Origin: Pseudomonadota bacterium | GTDB taxonomy: Bacteria; Pseudomonadota; Alphaproteobacteria; GCA-2746255 | NCBI GenBank assembly: GCA_040752895.1 | Contig: JBFMHN010000001.1 | Coordinates: 163,213 to 227,212, forward strand | Length of the DNA: 64,000 nt | Direction of reading: 5' to 3' | The notes under the pieces: model-generated | What the model was told of the DNA's origin: nothing | The model's database searches: none | Seen by the model: the letters and a program-made list of their open reading frames with translations, nothing else | Translations under genes and position numbers: made by a program | Part shown: piece by piece, positions 33,427 to 42,437 of the stretch | Position numbering within the stretch: the first letter of the stretch is position 1 | How the letters are laid out: every line of letters begins with the position of its first letter

Positions 33427-34416
33427 ATGGATATCAAGGGAACGTTGGAGCGCAACCTCGCGCTCGAAGTGGTCCGGGTGACGGAAGCGGCGGCCCTTTC
33501 GGCCTCGCTCCTCATGGGGCGGGGTGACGAAAAGGCAGCCGACCAGGCGGCGGTGGACGCGATGCGGGCGGCGCTGAACGGCGTCGCGATCGACGGCACC
33601 GTCGTGATCGGCGAGGGCGAACGCGACGAAGCGCCCATGCTCTACATCGGCGAAAAGGTCGGCACCGGTTCGGGCCCCAAGGTGGACGTGGCGCTCGATC
33701 CCTTGGAAGGGACGACGATCACGGCGAAGGGCGGGCAGAACGCGCTCGCCGTCGTCGCTATGGCCGAACATGGCGGCTTTCTGAATTCCCCCGACGTCTA
33801 TATGGACAAGATCGCCGTCGGCCCCGGCCTGCCCGAGGGCATCGTGGACCTCGACGTGAGCCCAAAGGAAAACCTGCAAGCCCTTGCCAAGGCGAAGAAA
33901 CTGGACGTTGCGGATCTCGTCGTCTGCGTCCTCGACCGGCCCCGGCATCACGCCCTTATCGCTAGCGTCCGCGAAGCGGGCGCGCGCATCATGCTGATTT
34001 CGGATGGCGACGTGAGCGGCGTGATCGCGACCGCGACGAAGGACAGCGGCGTCGACATCTACATGGGGGTGGGCGGCGCGCCGGAAGGAGTCTTGGCGGC
34101 GGCGGCTTTGTGCTGCATCGGCGGCCAGATGCAGGGCAGGCTGCAGTTCCGCAATGACGACGAACGCGCCCGGGGCGAACGCTGCGGCATCACGAATTTT
34201 GATCGCAAATATGGCTTGAGCGAATTGGCCAGGGGCGACGTCATGTTCGCGGCGACCGGGGTGACGAACGGCTCGATGTTGAGGGGCGTGCGGCGCTTCG
34301 CTGGCGGGGCCTATACCTATTCGACGGTGATGCGCTCGAAGACGGGCACGGTGCGGATGATCGAGGCAAGGCACAATTTCAATCGCAAGTCCGGCTTCGA
34401 GCCGGTAGATCGCTAA
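33427..34416 (+). CDS. glpX: Fructose-1,6-bisphosphatase class II
   Basis: LEVVRVTEAAALSAS...DPLEGTT... is the GlpX signature. Confidence 0.85.
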   Translation: MDIKGTLERNLALEVVRVTEAAALSASLLMGRGDEKAADQAAVDAMRAALNGVAIDGTVVIGEGERDEAPMLYIGEKVGTGSGPKVDVALDPLEGTTITAKGGQNALAVVAMAEHGGFLNSPDVYMDKIAVGPGLPEGIVDLDVSPKENLQALAKAKKLDVADLVVCVLDRPRHHALIASVREAGARIMLISDGDVSGVIATATKDSGVDIYMGVGGAPEGVLAAAALCCIGGQMQGRLQFRNDDERARGERCGITNFDRKYGLSELARGDVMFAATGVTNGSMLRGVRRFAGGAYTYSTVMRSKTGTVRMIEARHNFNRKSGFEPVDR

Positions 34417-34426
34417 GTCTCTCGCG

Positions 34427-36217
34427 ATGGCGGAGCCCGAGCCGGGCGAAAGTTTCCTGGGGGTCGAACGCTCGCTTTCGGGCAAGCGCTGGCGGGCGAG
34501 GCTTGCGGACGCGCGGGCCGGCATGGCGTTTTCCCAGCGGCTCGACGTGCCCGAGATCATCGGCCGCGTCATCGCCGCCCGCGGCATCAAGCTGGAAGAG
34601 GCGGAAAGTTTTTTCGAGCCGACGCTCCGCAGGCTTCTTCCAGACCCTTCTCTATTCAAGGACATGGAGAAGGCCGCCCACCGCATCGCGGAGGCGATCG
34701 CCAAGGGGGAACGCGTTGCCGTCTTCGGCGATTACGACGTGGATGGCGCTACCTCCTCAGCCCTTCTGGAGCGCTTCTTCCGGGTAGTGGGGGCGGCGCT
34801 CCGTGTCTATATCCCGGACCGCCTGAAGGAAGGCTACGGGCCGAACGCGCCGGCCCTTCTTCGCCTGCGGGAGGAAGGGGTTTCCCTCGTGCTCACGGTC
34901 GATTGCGGAACGACGGCTTTTTCGGCCCTCGAGGCGGCGGCCGAGGCTTCCCTCGACGTCGTCGTGATCGACCACCATATCGGCGAGCCGAGGCTCCCGA
35001 AGGCGTTCGCCGTCGTCAACCCGAACCGGCTCGACGAAACCGGCCGGAACCGTGAACTTGCCGCGGTTGGGGTTGCCTATCTTCTGGTTGTTGCGGTGAA
35101 CCGGCATCTGCGGAAGTCCGGCTGGTATGGGGCGCGGCCCGAGCCCGACCTTCTCCAATGGCTCGACCTCGTCGCCTTGGGCACGGTCGCCGACGTCGCC
35201 CCCTTGGTCGGCCTCAACCGCGCTCTCGTCACCCAAGGCTTGAAGATGGCCGCCCGGCGCGGCAATCCCGGCATCGCAGCACTCGCCGACGTGGCGAGGC
35301 TCGACCAGCCGCCTACCGCCTACCATTTCGGGTTCCTTCTGGGGCCTCGCGTGAACGCCGGCGGGCGCGTCGGCGAGGCAGACCTTGGCGCCAGGCTGCT
35401 GGCAACCGAAGACCCGATCGAAGCGCGCGAGCTTGCTGGCCGTCTCGACGCCTTGAACGTTGAGCGCCAGCGGATCGAAGCGGAGGTCCTGGAGCAGGCG
35501 ATCGCAAGAGTCGAAGCCTCGGCTGGCGGCGCGATCGCCTTTGTCTATGGGGAAGGCTGGCATCCGGGCGTTGTCGGCATCGTCGCCAGCCGGCTTCGGG
35601 AACGCTACAACCGGCCCGCCTTCGTCGCCGCGGTGACCGGGGATCGTGCCGCCGGCTCGGGCCGTTCGGTGCCGGGCGTTGATCTCGGCAGCGCCGTCCT
35701 CGCCGCCCGCCAGGCCGGCCTTGTCGCAACCGGCGGCGGGCACGTCATGGCGGCGGGCTTCACAGGCACCGCCCAAAACCTGCCGAAGCTCCGGGAGTTC
35801 CTGAACGACCGCATCGGCGGGGCTCTTGCCAGGCTTGGCTTCGTCCCTTCCCTTGACTTCGACGGGGCGCTTTCGCCGGGGGCGGCGACGGCCGAGTTCG
35901 TCGGCCTCCTCGAACGTCTCGCCCCCTTCGGCTCCGGCAACGCCGAACCGCGGTTCGCCTTTGCCAATGCCCGCATTGCCTTTGCCGACGTCGTGGGCAC
36001 CGACCACGTCCGCTGCGTGATCACGGACGCCGCCGGCAGCGCCCGGCTCAAGGGAATCGCCTTCCGCGCCGTGGCGACGCCGCTCGGCCAGGCCCTGCTC
36101 GAAAAGGGCGGGGTGGGGCTGCACGTGGCCGGCCACCTGCGGGCCAACCGCTGGCAGGGGCGGGACGAAGTCCAGCTTTTCATCGAGGACGCCGCGAAGG
36201 CCCGCCCGGATGCCTAG
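34427..36217 (+). CDS. recJ: Single-stranded-DNA-specific exonuclease RecJ
   Basis: DHH motifs (VAVFGDYDVDGATS, VIDHH) and a DHHA1 domain. Confidence 0.85.
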   Translation: MAEPEPGESFLGVERSLSGKRWRARLADARAGMAFSQRLDVPEIIGRVIAARGIKLEEAESFFEPTLRRLLPDPSLFKDMEKAAHRIAEAIAKGERVAVFGDYDVDGATSSALLERFFRVVGAALRVYIPDRLKEGYGPNAPALLRLREEGVSLVLTVDCGTTAFSALEAAAEASLDVVVIDHHIGEPRLPKAFAVVNPNRLDETGRNRELAAVGVAYLLVVAVNRHLRKSGWYGARPEPDLLQWLDLVALGTVADVAPLVGLNRALVTQGLKMAARRGNPGIAALADVARLDQPPTAYHFGFLLGPRVNAGGRVGEADLGARLLATEDPIEARELAGRLDALNVERQRIEAEVLEQAIARVEASAGGAIAFVYGEGWHPGVVGIVASRLRERYNRPAFVAAVTGDRAAGSGRSVPGVDLGSAVLAARQAGLVATGGGHVMAAGFTGTAQNLPKLREFLNDRIGGALARLGFVPSLDFDGALSPGAATAEFVGLLERLAPFGSGNAEPRFAFANARIAFADVVGTDHVRCVITDAAGSARLKGIAFRAVATPLGQALLEKGGVGLHVAGHLRANRWQGRDEVQLFIEDAAKARPDA

Positions 36218-36285
36218 GGAAACCTTTGGAAGGGCTTGATTTTAGGCCCTTTCCAGTTTAGACGTGGCGCCCGATCATGTGCTTC

Positions 36286-36361
36286 GTCCCCATCGTCTAG
36301 AGGCCTAGGACTCCACTCTTTCAAGGTGGCAACACGGGTTCGAATCCCGTTGGGGACGCCA
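36286..36361 (+). tRNA. tRNA-Glu (anticodon TTC)
   Basis: GTCCCCATCGTCTAGAGGCCTAGGACTCCACTCTTTCAAGGTGGCAACACGGGTTCGAATCCCGTTGGGGACGCCA. Typical tRNA-Glu with a TTC anticodon. Confidence 0.85.
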
Positions 36362-36428
36362 ACAAAATTTAGAAGTTATAATCGGGCGGCGTGCTAAGCG
36401 GTTTCCATTGAAAGGGTAAGGATACCAG

Positions 36429-36866
36429 ATGCGTATCTTGGCACTTTTTTTGTTGCTGGCAACTCTCCTGCATATGGATTCCGCATCGGCCGCGAATCCG
36501 TCGAAGGATGCTGTCCTATACAAGAACCCGGGCTGCGTCTGTTGCGACGACTACGCCACCTACCTGAGGAAAAGGGGCATTCGGGTCACCGTCGAGGCGA
36601 CGGAGGACCTTGCGCTTATCAAGCGCCGACACGGCGTGCCGGAAGACCTTGAGGGCTGCCATACCGTACTGCTGGATGGCTACGTCATCGAGGGCCACGT
36701 TCCCATGAAAGCGCTGGACCGCCTTTTCGCCGAACGCCCCAAAATCACGGGTATCGCCCTGCCGGGCATGCCGGAAGGTTCTCCGGGCATGGGTGGGGAT
36801 AAATCCGGACCTTTTGAGGTTTATGCGTTCTCGAAAGGCGGCTCGAAAATCTACGCTATCGAGTAA
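36429..36866 (+). CDS. CopG-like DUF411 periplasmic metal (copper) binding protein
   Basis: Signal peptide MRILALFLLLATLLHMDSASA. The CxCC motif (NPGCVCCDDY) is diagnostic of the DUF411/CopG family. Also present: GMPEGSPGMGGDKSGPFEVY. Confidence 0.7.
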   Translation: MRILALFLLLATLLHMDSASAANPSKDAVLYKNPGCVCCDDYATYLRKRGIRVTVEATEDLALIKRRHGVPEDLEGCHTVLLDGYVIEGHVPMKALDRLFAERPKITGIALPGMPEGSPGMGGDKSGPFEVYAFSKGGSKIYAIE

Positions 36867-36964
36867 ACACCGGAGATACAGCCGGCGGCCGGCAATTCCA
36901 GGCCGCATTCCGTATCGAAAACGGATGGACCCGGAAAGCCGTTCCCGGCGACGGCAGGGCTTGC

Positions 36965-37315
36965 CTACAGGCGGATTCCGAACCTGCCCAGGATCGTCAT
37001 GTAGGACCAATAGCTTGCGGCCGTGACTGCGATGGCCAACGCCAGCGAGACGGCGAAGCCGAGGTTGAACCGCAAGGCCAAGGGCAGCGCCACGAAAAAA
37101 ACCAGGGATGGCAGTATCATCAACAGGATACTCCAACAAAGTCGCGCGACTTCGCTCTCGCTTCCGGTGTCGGCGTAAAGCCATAGAATGGCTAGCACCG
37201 AAACCAATGGAAGCGACGCCACGAGGCCTGCGAAAAGGGGGGAGCGTTTTGCGACTTCACCGATGGCGACCACCAACGCGGCCGTTATGGCGGTCTTGAT
37301 CATGAGGTAGAGCAT
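36965..37315 (-). CDS. Small polytopic membrane protein (DUF3147-like)
   Basis: 116 aa with four hydrophobic helices. Confidence 0.4.
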   Translation of the reverse strand: MLYLMIKTAITAALVVAIGEVAKRSPLFAGLVASLPLVSVLAILWLYADTGSESEVARLCWSILLMILPSLVFFVALPLALRFNLGFAVSLALAIAVTAASYWSYMTILGRFGIRL

Positions 37316-37483
37316 GTGCGAACCCTTCGGCAGGAGAATGGAACATCTTCATTTTAGTCGCCGAACTTAAGAGCGCGAAAGCGGCGTTTCCGTTGGCCGT
37401 GGCCGTTTTAGGTTGTTTGGCCTTGCGATCCGCCTATAAGCTGAAAAGATGCTGGCAAGACCCCGAGCAAGGTCCAGAGACCA

Positions 37484-38326
37484 ATGCCCGACTTCCTGCA
37501 GGCCAACGAGCCCCTGATCCGCCTGGCCGCCTTCTTTGGCGTCCTTGTCGTCATGGCGACGTGGGAAGCGCTCGCACCCCGCCGCCAGCAGGCCGTTCCC
37601 CGCCGGACGCGCTGGCCCAACAACCTCGGCATCGTCGTCCTCAACACGGTGGTGCTCCGGCTGGCCTTTCCAATCGCCGCCGTCGGTTTTGCCCTTCTCG
37701 CCGAGGCCAAGGGCTGGGGCTTGTTCCACGCGCTTGCCATGCCTTGGTGGGTTGCCGTCGTTGCTTCCGTGATCGTGCTCGACCTTGCGATCTATTTCCA
37801 GCACGTGCTGTTCCACGCGGTGCCCGCGCTGTGGCGGCTGCACCGCATGCACCACGCCGACCTCGAGTTCGACGTCACCACCGGCCTGCGCTTCCACCCC
37901 GTGGAGATCCTGCTCTCGATGGGCATCAAGCTTGCCGTGATCGCCGCCCTCGGGCCGCCCGCCGTCGCCGTGCTGGTCTTCGAGGTGCTGCTGAACGCGA
38001 CTTCGATGTTCAACCACGGCAATGTCCGTATCCCGGCCGGTATTGATCGCGCGCTGCGCTGGTTCGTGGTCACGCCGGACATGCACCGCGTCCATCACTC
38101 GATCCTGCCCCACGAGACCAACAGCAATTTCGGCTTCAACCTGCCCTGGTGGGACCGCCTGTTCGAGACCTATCGCGCCCAACCGGCGACTGGGCATGAG
38201 GGCATGACCATCGGCATCGAACAGTTCCGCAAACCCCGCGACCTGTGGCTCGACCGGATGTTGATTCAGCCGCTTCTCGGCCCGGCCAGCGGTTACCCGA
38301 TCAACCGGCGGGAAGGGCCGGGATGA
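37484..38326 (+). CDS. Fatty-acid hydroxylase / sterol-desaturase superfamily membrane protein
   Basis: His boxes HVLFH, HRMHHAD and HRVHH between transmembrane segments. Confidence 0.7.
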   Translation: MPDFLQANEPLIRLAAFFGVLVVMATWEALAPRRQQAVPRRTRWPNNLGIVVLNTVVLRLAFPIAAVGFALLAEAKGWGLFHALAMPWWVAVVASVIVLDLAIYFQHVLFHAVPALWRLHRMHHADLEFDVTTGLRFHPVEILLSMGIKLAVIAALGPPAVAVLVFEVLLNATSMFNHGNVRIPAGIDRALRWFVVTPDMHRVHHSILPHETNSNFGFNLPWWDRLFETYRAQPATGHEGMTIGIEQFRKPRDLWLDRMLIQPLLGPASGYPINRREGPG

Positions 38327-38556
38327 AAAGCCGGGATACTGGCTGCCACACCCATAGCTTCTTGGCCGGCGTCGTTGCGACGATGCCAGGAGCGAGCGTG
38401 AAGCGGGAGGGTTTGATGCCTCCAACGGGCGAACAAAGCTTGATCTATCTCAAGGAGACGGCGACCAAAAACCCATACATTGGAAACTTTCTGTTCCCGA
38501 TCGGCCTACCCATAGGCGATCCCGAATACCCACTTGATCAGAAAGGAATAAGACGA

Positions 38557-38919
38557 ATGAAACAGACTTCCATGGAAAGGCTTATTTCCATCGCCACTGC
38601 GGCGGTTGTTGTAGTGGGGATGGCAATCGCGGCGTCTGGTCATGCGCAGGCAGAAGAAGGAGCTACACCTTCTCCGCGTGACGGGCAGGGTCAAGGCATG
38701 GCGCCGATGCAGCAGCAGATGATGCAGGGCATGATGCAGCAAATGCAGAATTGCATGGGGCAAATGGGTGCTATGGGTGGCGACGTATCGCAAGATCAGA
38801 TGCGCGCCCAGATGATGCAGCGCATGCAGTCCTGTACGACACAAATGCAATCCGGCAAAGGACAAGCTCCGAAGGACTCCAGCTCGGACCAGAAAGGTGC
38901 TCCTGGCGACCGGCGTTGA
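38557..38919 (+). CDS. Secreted Met/Gln-rich low-complexity protein (putative periplasmic metal-binding)
   Basis: ATG at 38557 after a GAAAGGA RBS. Signal peptide ...AASGHAQA, then MAPMQQQMMQGMMQQMQNCMGQMGAMGG...MRAQMMQRMQSC (many Mx2-3M spacings, 2 Cys). Confidence 0.55.
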   Translation: MKQTSMERLISIATAAVVVVGMAIAASGHAQAEEGATPSPRDGQGQGMAPMQQQMMQGMMQQMQNCMGQMGAMGGDVSQDQMRAQMMQRMQSCTTQMQSGKGQAPKDSSSDQKGAPGDRR

Positions 38920-39099
38920 GCGATCAACACTGGCCGGCGTTTCCCTTGCGCCTAGAAGTATCCTATGGGGAATGAAATAAGATGAAGCGTCTCTTCATCC
39001 TGGACGGTGCCCGCCGCAGTACCATGGATGAACTGGCGGTGGAAACACTTGCCGCCAATAAGGTTCTGGTGTTCTGATGCTTACAACGGAGGCATCCGG

Positions 39100-39219
39100 A
39101 TGATGAACGGCATGGAGGGAATGGGGTGGGGCATGGGCTTGATTGGCATATTAGTGGCCGCTCTTCTCGTCCTTGGAATCGCGGCGCTCGTAAAATATCT
39201 CCTTGGGAGCCGCGAATGA
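39100..39219 (+). CDS. 39-aa Met/Gly-rich single-TM peptide
   Basis: Strong RBS AACGGAGG 7 nt before the ATG at 39100. Sequence MMNGMEGMGWGMGLIGILVAALLVLGIAALVKYLLGSRE. Confidence 0.45.
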   Translation: MMNGMEGMGWGMGLIGILVAALLVLGIAALVKYLLGSRE

Positions 39220-39286
39220 CGAGTGGGACGGCAGAGAAAGAATGAACGCACGTTACCATCGGAATGTTGCATGGAGAGCATCTGTC

Positions 39287-39826
39287 ATGGGTAGAGCACC
39301 GTTAACCGTTAAACGCCTGATTGTGGTGGGCGTCGCCGTCGCCGCGGCCGTGGCGACACTCTTAGCAAATGACCCGTCCTACGCCCAAGGACGAGGCGGA
39401 GCGGATAAGGCGCAGGGCAAATCGGATGGCGTCAAGGCCCCTTCGGAGAAGCGGCCTGACTTCTCTGGCCGGCCTGAATGGGCAACCAAGCCCGAAGATC
39501 CGAAAGCCCTTAAAGAGCAACGCCGGGAACAAGCCAAGGAGCGACGCAAGGCCGTTAAGGACGAGCTTGAAAAGGAAGATTCGAAAGCCCTTAAGGAGCA
39601 AGGCCGGGAACAAGCCAAGGAGCGACGCAAGGCCGTTAAGGACGAGCTTGAAAAGGAAGATTCGAAAGCCCTTAAGGAGCAAGGCCGGGAACAAGCCAAG
39701 GAACGACGCAAGGCCGTTAAGGACGAGCTTGAAAAGGAAGATTCGAAAGCCCTTAAGGAGCAAGGCCGGGAACAAGCCAAGGAACGACGCAAGGCCGTTA
39801 AGGACGAGCTTGAAAAGTCGGACTAG
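39287..39826 (+). CDS. Secreted charged tandem-repeat protein
   Basis: Signal peptide MGRAPLTVKRLIVVGVAVAAAVATLLA, then about 4.5 copies of the 23-aa unit ALKEQGREQAKERRKAVKDELEKEDSK. Confidence 0.55.
   Translation: MGRAPLTVKRLIVVGVAVAAAVATLLANDPSYAQGRGGADKAQGKSDGVKAPSEKRPDFSGRPEWATKPEDPKALKEQRREQAKERRKAVKDELEKEDSKALKEQGREQAKERRKAVKDELEKEDSKALKEQGREQAKERRKAVKDELEKEDSKALKEQGREQAKERRKAVKDELEKSD
39503..39810 (+). repeat. 69-bp in-frame tandem repeat, about 4.5 copies
   Basis: Near-identical 69-nt units (cccttaaggagcaaggccgggaacaagccaaggagcgacgcaaggccgttaaggacgagcttgaaaaggaagattcgaaag). The first copy has diverged (aaagagcaacgc). Confidence 0.8.
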
Positions 39827-39852
39827 ACCAGGTCCGGCCCCTGCTTTTCTTT

Positions 39853-41538
39853 CTAAGCGGGCATTTCCTCGTAGCCGACGACCCGTTCGAAATCCCGTTG
39901 CAACAGCGGTTCCGTGTCGAGGAGCTGGCTAGCGGCGTCGAAGTCGAGGGTGCGCCGGATGAAGCGTTTCGCGAGGCAGGCTTTTCTTCCGTCTTTCTTT
40001 TCGGCGAGATCGGCAGCCGCCTCTTCCAGCAGCAAGCACGCGGCGAGCAAGACCGCCATGCGGTCCATCAGGCGCCGCGCGATCCGCGAGGCAACTTCCG
40101 GGCTTTTGGTGGCCTGTCGGACGCCATCCGCGCAGAGGGCAAGCGCGCTCCGCAAAGGCTTGGCGCATTCTTCTTCCAGGGGGCTCTTGACCCCACCCAG
40201 GACGCCTTCGATGCGCGCCATGAACGCGCCGAAGCCTTCGCCGTTCCCCGCGACCAGTCGCAGCACCTCGAGCGCCTGAATGTTCGCCGTTCCCTCCCAC
40301 ACGGTAAGCACCTGGGCGTCCCGGAGAAGCCTGGGCGTCACGTAGTCTTCCGTGTAGCCGACGCCGCCCAGAACCTCGATCGCGCTGCTCGCGGCGCGGA
40401 TCGCCTTCTCCGCCGTCCAGTATTTTGCCAGCGCCGTCGTCAGCCGCCGCCAGGGAAGTCGTTTGGCGTTCTTCTCCGATTCATCAAACGCGACCGCGGC
40501 CTCGAAGGCGAGGGTGAGGGAGGCCTCGGCGTTCATCTGGAGATCGAGCAGCACGCTCTGCACCATGGGAAAGGCCAGGAGGATTTTTCCGAAGGCCTGG
40601 CGATGGGAGGCGTAGGCGATCGCCTCCAGGAAGGCCCGTCGGCCGACGGCGGCGGCGGCGAACGCGTTGTGGACGCGGCTGTAATCGAGCGCTTCGAGCA
40701 TGAGCCGCAAGCCCCTGGGCGGCGGGCTCACCTCGAAGGCGAACGCCCCTTCGAGTTCGATCTCGCCGGAAGCAAGCCCGCGCGTGCCGAGCTTCGTCTT
40801 CAGCCGCCGAATGCGGTAGCGGTTCGGGCTTCCATCCGCCAGTGCCTTCGGCACCAGGTAAAGACCGAGGCCTTCCGTCCCTCCCGGTGCTTCTTCCGGC
40901 CTTGCGGTCGCCAGCGCCACATCTGAATCCGGGTTGCTCGCAAACCATTTGAAGCCGGTAAGCCGGAAATGTTCGCCATCTCGTTTCGCAACCGTAGCCG
41001 TTGCGGCAAGGTCGCTTCCGCCGTCGAGCTCGGTCGCCCATGTGCCGCCGGTCAGCGCCTTTCCGTCCAGCCGGAGGAGTCCTTCGAGATAGTGCTTCGC
41101 CGCGGCTTTTTCGGGAAGCTTACCGAGGATATAGGCCACGGCGCCGGTGAGCGTCGCCGGGCAGTGGATAGAGATATCCGCCTGCGACAGCAGATATCCC
41201 ATGAGGAAACTCATGAGAAAAGGCTCCGCCTTCGGTCCGAAGTTTAGGCCCACGATGCCCCGCGCATAAACGTCGCGGTGGATTTCCGCGTAAAGCGGGT
41301 TGTGGCGGACGCGGTTCGTGAGCCGGCCGAAGCGGTCGTGGGCTTCGAGCACGGGGGGCGCGAAGCGGTCCGTGTATTCCGCCTCGCAGTCTACGTCGCT
41401 TCCGACCCAGGCGCCGAAGGCGTGGAGTCTTTCCCCGTTCCGCGCAAGAAGGTCGGGCGCGCGGCGAGCAAGCAGCGTCTTCAGGTTTGGATCTACCGCG
41501 AAGAAATTCTGGCCTCGGGTTTCTTGCTGGTAGCGCAT
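39853..41538 (-). CDS. AidB-like large acyl-CoA dehydrogenase family protein
   Basis: 561 aa. ACAD fold with an extended N-terminus (...YTEDYVTPRLLRDAQVLTVWEGTANIQALEV...). Lies 21 nt downstream of the amidase gene. Confidence 0.7.
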   Translation of the reverse strand: MRYQQETRGQNFFAVDPNLKTLLARRAPDLLARNGERLHAFGAWVGSDVDCEAEYTDRFAPPVLEAHDRFGRLTNRVRHNPLYAEIHRDVYARGIVGLNFGPKAEPFLMSFLMGYLLSQADISIHCPATLTGAVAYILGKLPEKAAAKHYLEGLLRLDGKALTGGTWATELDGGSDLAATATVAKRDGEHFRLTGFKWFASNPDSDVALATARPEEAPGGTEGLGLYLVPKALADGSPNRYRIRRLKTKLGTRGLASGEIELEGAFAFEVSPPPRGLRLMLEALDYSRVHNAFAAAAVGRRAFLEAIAYASHRQAFGKILLAFPMVQSVLLDLQMNAEASLTLAFEAAVAFDESEKNAKRLPWRRLTTALAKYWTAEKAIRAASSAIEVLGGVGYTEDYVTPRLLRDAQVLTVWEGTANIQALEVLRLVAGNGEGFGAFMARIEGVLGGVKSPLEEECAKPLRSALALCADGVRQATKSPEVASRIARRLMDRMAVLLAACLLLEEAAADLAEKKDGRKACLAKRFIRRTLDFDAASQLLDTEPLLQRDFERVVGYEEMPA

Positions 41539-41559
41539 GGGCGGAACTCTTTTGCAACC

Positions 41560-42369
41560 CTACTTCACGGGTGCGCGCTCTTTGGCGATCGCTAGGATTC
41601 GCTCGTCGTCTTCCCAGACGAGAGACGTGTAATCGAAGCCATGTTCGATCGTCGGTTTTACAATCTGAAAATAGGGCGAAAGGTCGAAGTCGCGCGGCGC
41701 GAACAGGCTGTGATGCCGGATATGCAGAATATCGCGCGCGAAGTATCCGCCCTGCCGATGGGAATAAACCCAGTCCGTACAGACGATGGGGAGGATCGGG
41801 TAGCGCACCTCTTGGAAGGCGCGTGCGATCAGGGTCGAGCAGATGGCCCGCGTCGGGTCGCCGCTGCCCAGCGCCAGCATTCGCCGCCGCCAGCGGACCG
41901 GCACCGGCGGCGTCGGCCACAGATAGCGCAAGAGGTCAATGACGTTCTTTAGGTCGTATGCATGCCCCAGATTGGCAAGGGCAGATTCGATGACGCGCCT
42001 GCAATCGGCTTCGCTCAACCCGATCGGGCGGCAGATTCGCGTATTCAATTCCCCATATTTCGAGATTGGCACGGCGGTGACACCATGCTTGAGGTCCGCT
42101 TCGATCAGCGTTTTTGGTTCTTCGTTGTTGCGGGGTGGACCCAGCGCTTCGCCGATATAAAGTGCGGCGTGCGACCAGGTGGATTGCGTGAGATATTTTA
42201 TCGCAACGCTTAAGCGCTGGTTCCCCTCGACGAGAAGAATATCGCCGGGCCTTAAGGTCGCCTGCAGCTTCTCGATCGGAGTGACGGAAAAGGGTTCGTA
42301 TTTGCGCAACGGCTGCGCAAGGTAGTCGGCGAGGACTTTGCCGATTTTCTCGACCAGGCGATTGAGCAT
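41560..42369 (-). CDS. Permuted papain-fold amidase, YiiX/C92 (DUF830) family
   Basis: PGDILLVEGNQRLSVAIKYLTQSTWSHAALYIG and later ...RAICSTLIARAF. The His-before-Cys order and motifs parallel E. coli YiiX (GDIIFQ...SHTGM...YCSEVVWKVY). No signal peptide. Confidence 0.6.
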   Translation of the reverse strand: MLNRLVEKIGKVLADYLAQPLRKYEPFSVTPIEKLQATLRPGDILLVEGNQRLSVAIKYLTQSTWSHAALYIGEALGPPRNNEEPKTLIEADLKHGVTAVPISKYGELNTRICRPIGLSEADCRRVIESALANLGHAYDLKNVIDLLRYLWPTPPVPVRWRRRMLALGSGDPTRAICSTLIARAFQEVRYPILPIVCTDWVYSHRQGGYFARDILHIRHHSLFAPRDFDLSPYFQIVKPTIEHGFDYTSLVWEDDERILAIAKERAPVK

Positions 42370-42437
42370 GGCGCTCGATCCTTAAGGCTTTGGCCGACCC
42401 TCTCCAAAGACCGCCAGCATAACGTGCTTTGAGCGCC

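Noticed and set aside
34757-36136. 459-aa minus-strand ORF inside recJ
   Set aside because: Antisense shadow of recJ; no motifs.
36305-36523. 72-aa minus-strand ORF overlapping tRNA-Glu
   Set aside because: It overlaps a tRNA gene and the signal-peptide region of the DUF411 gene, so it is spurious.
39362-39792. Two 137-aa minus-strand ORFs with internal repeats
   Set aside because: Antisense readout of the 69-bp tandem repeat. The plus-strand gene has a signal peptide and an RBS.
39503-39810. Possible CRISPR array, because of the regular direct repeats
   Set aside because: The repeats are contiguous, with no unique spacers. They are in-frame coding units of a secreted protein, and no cas genes are present.
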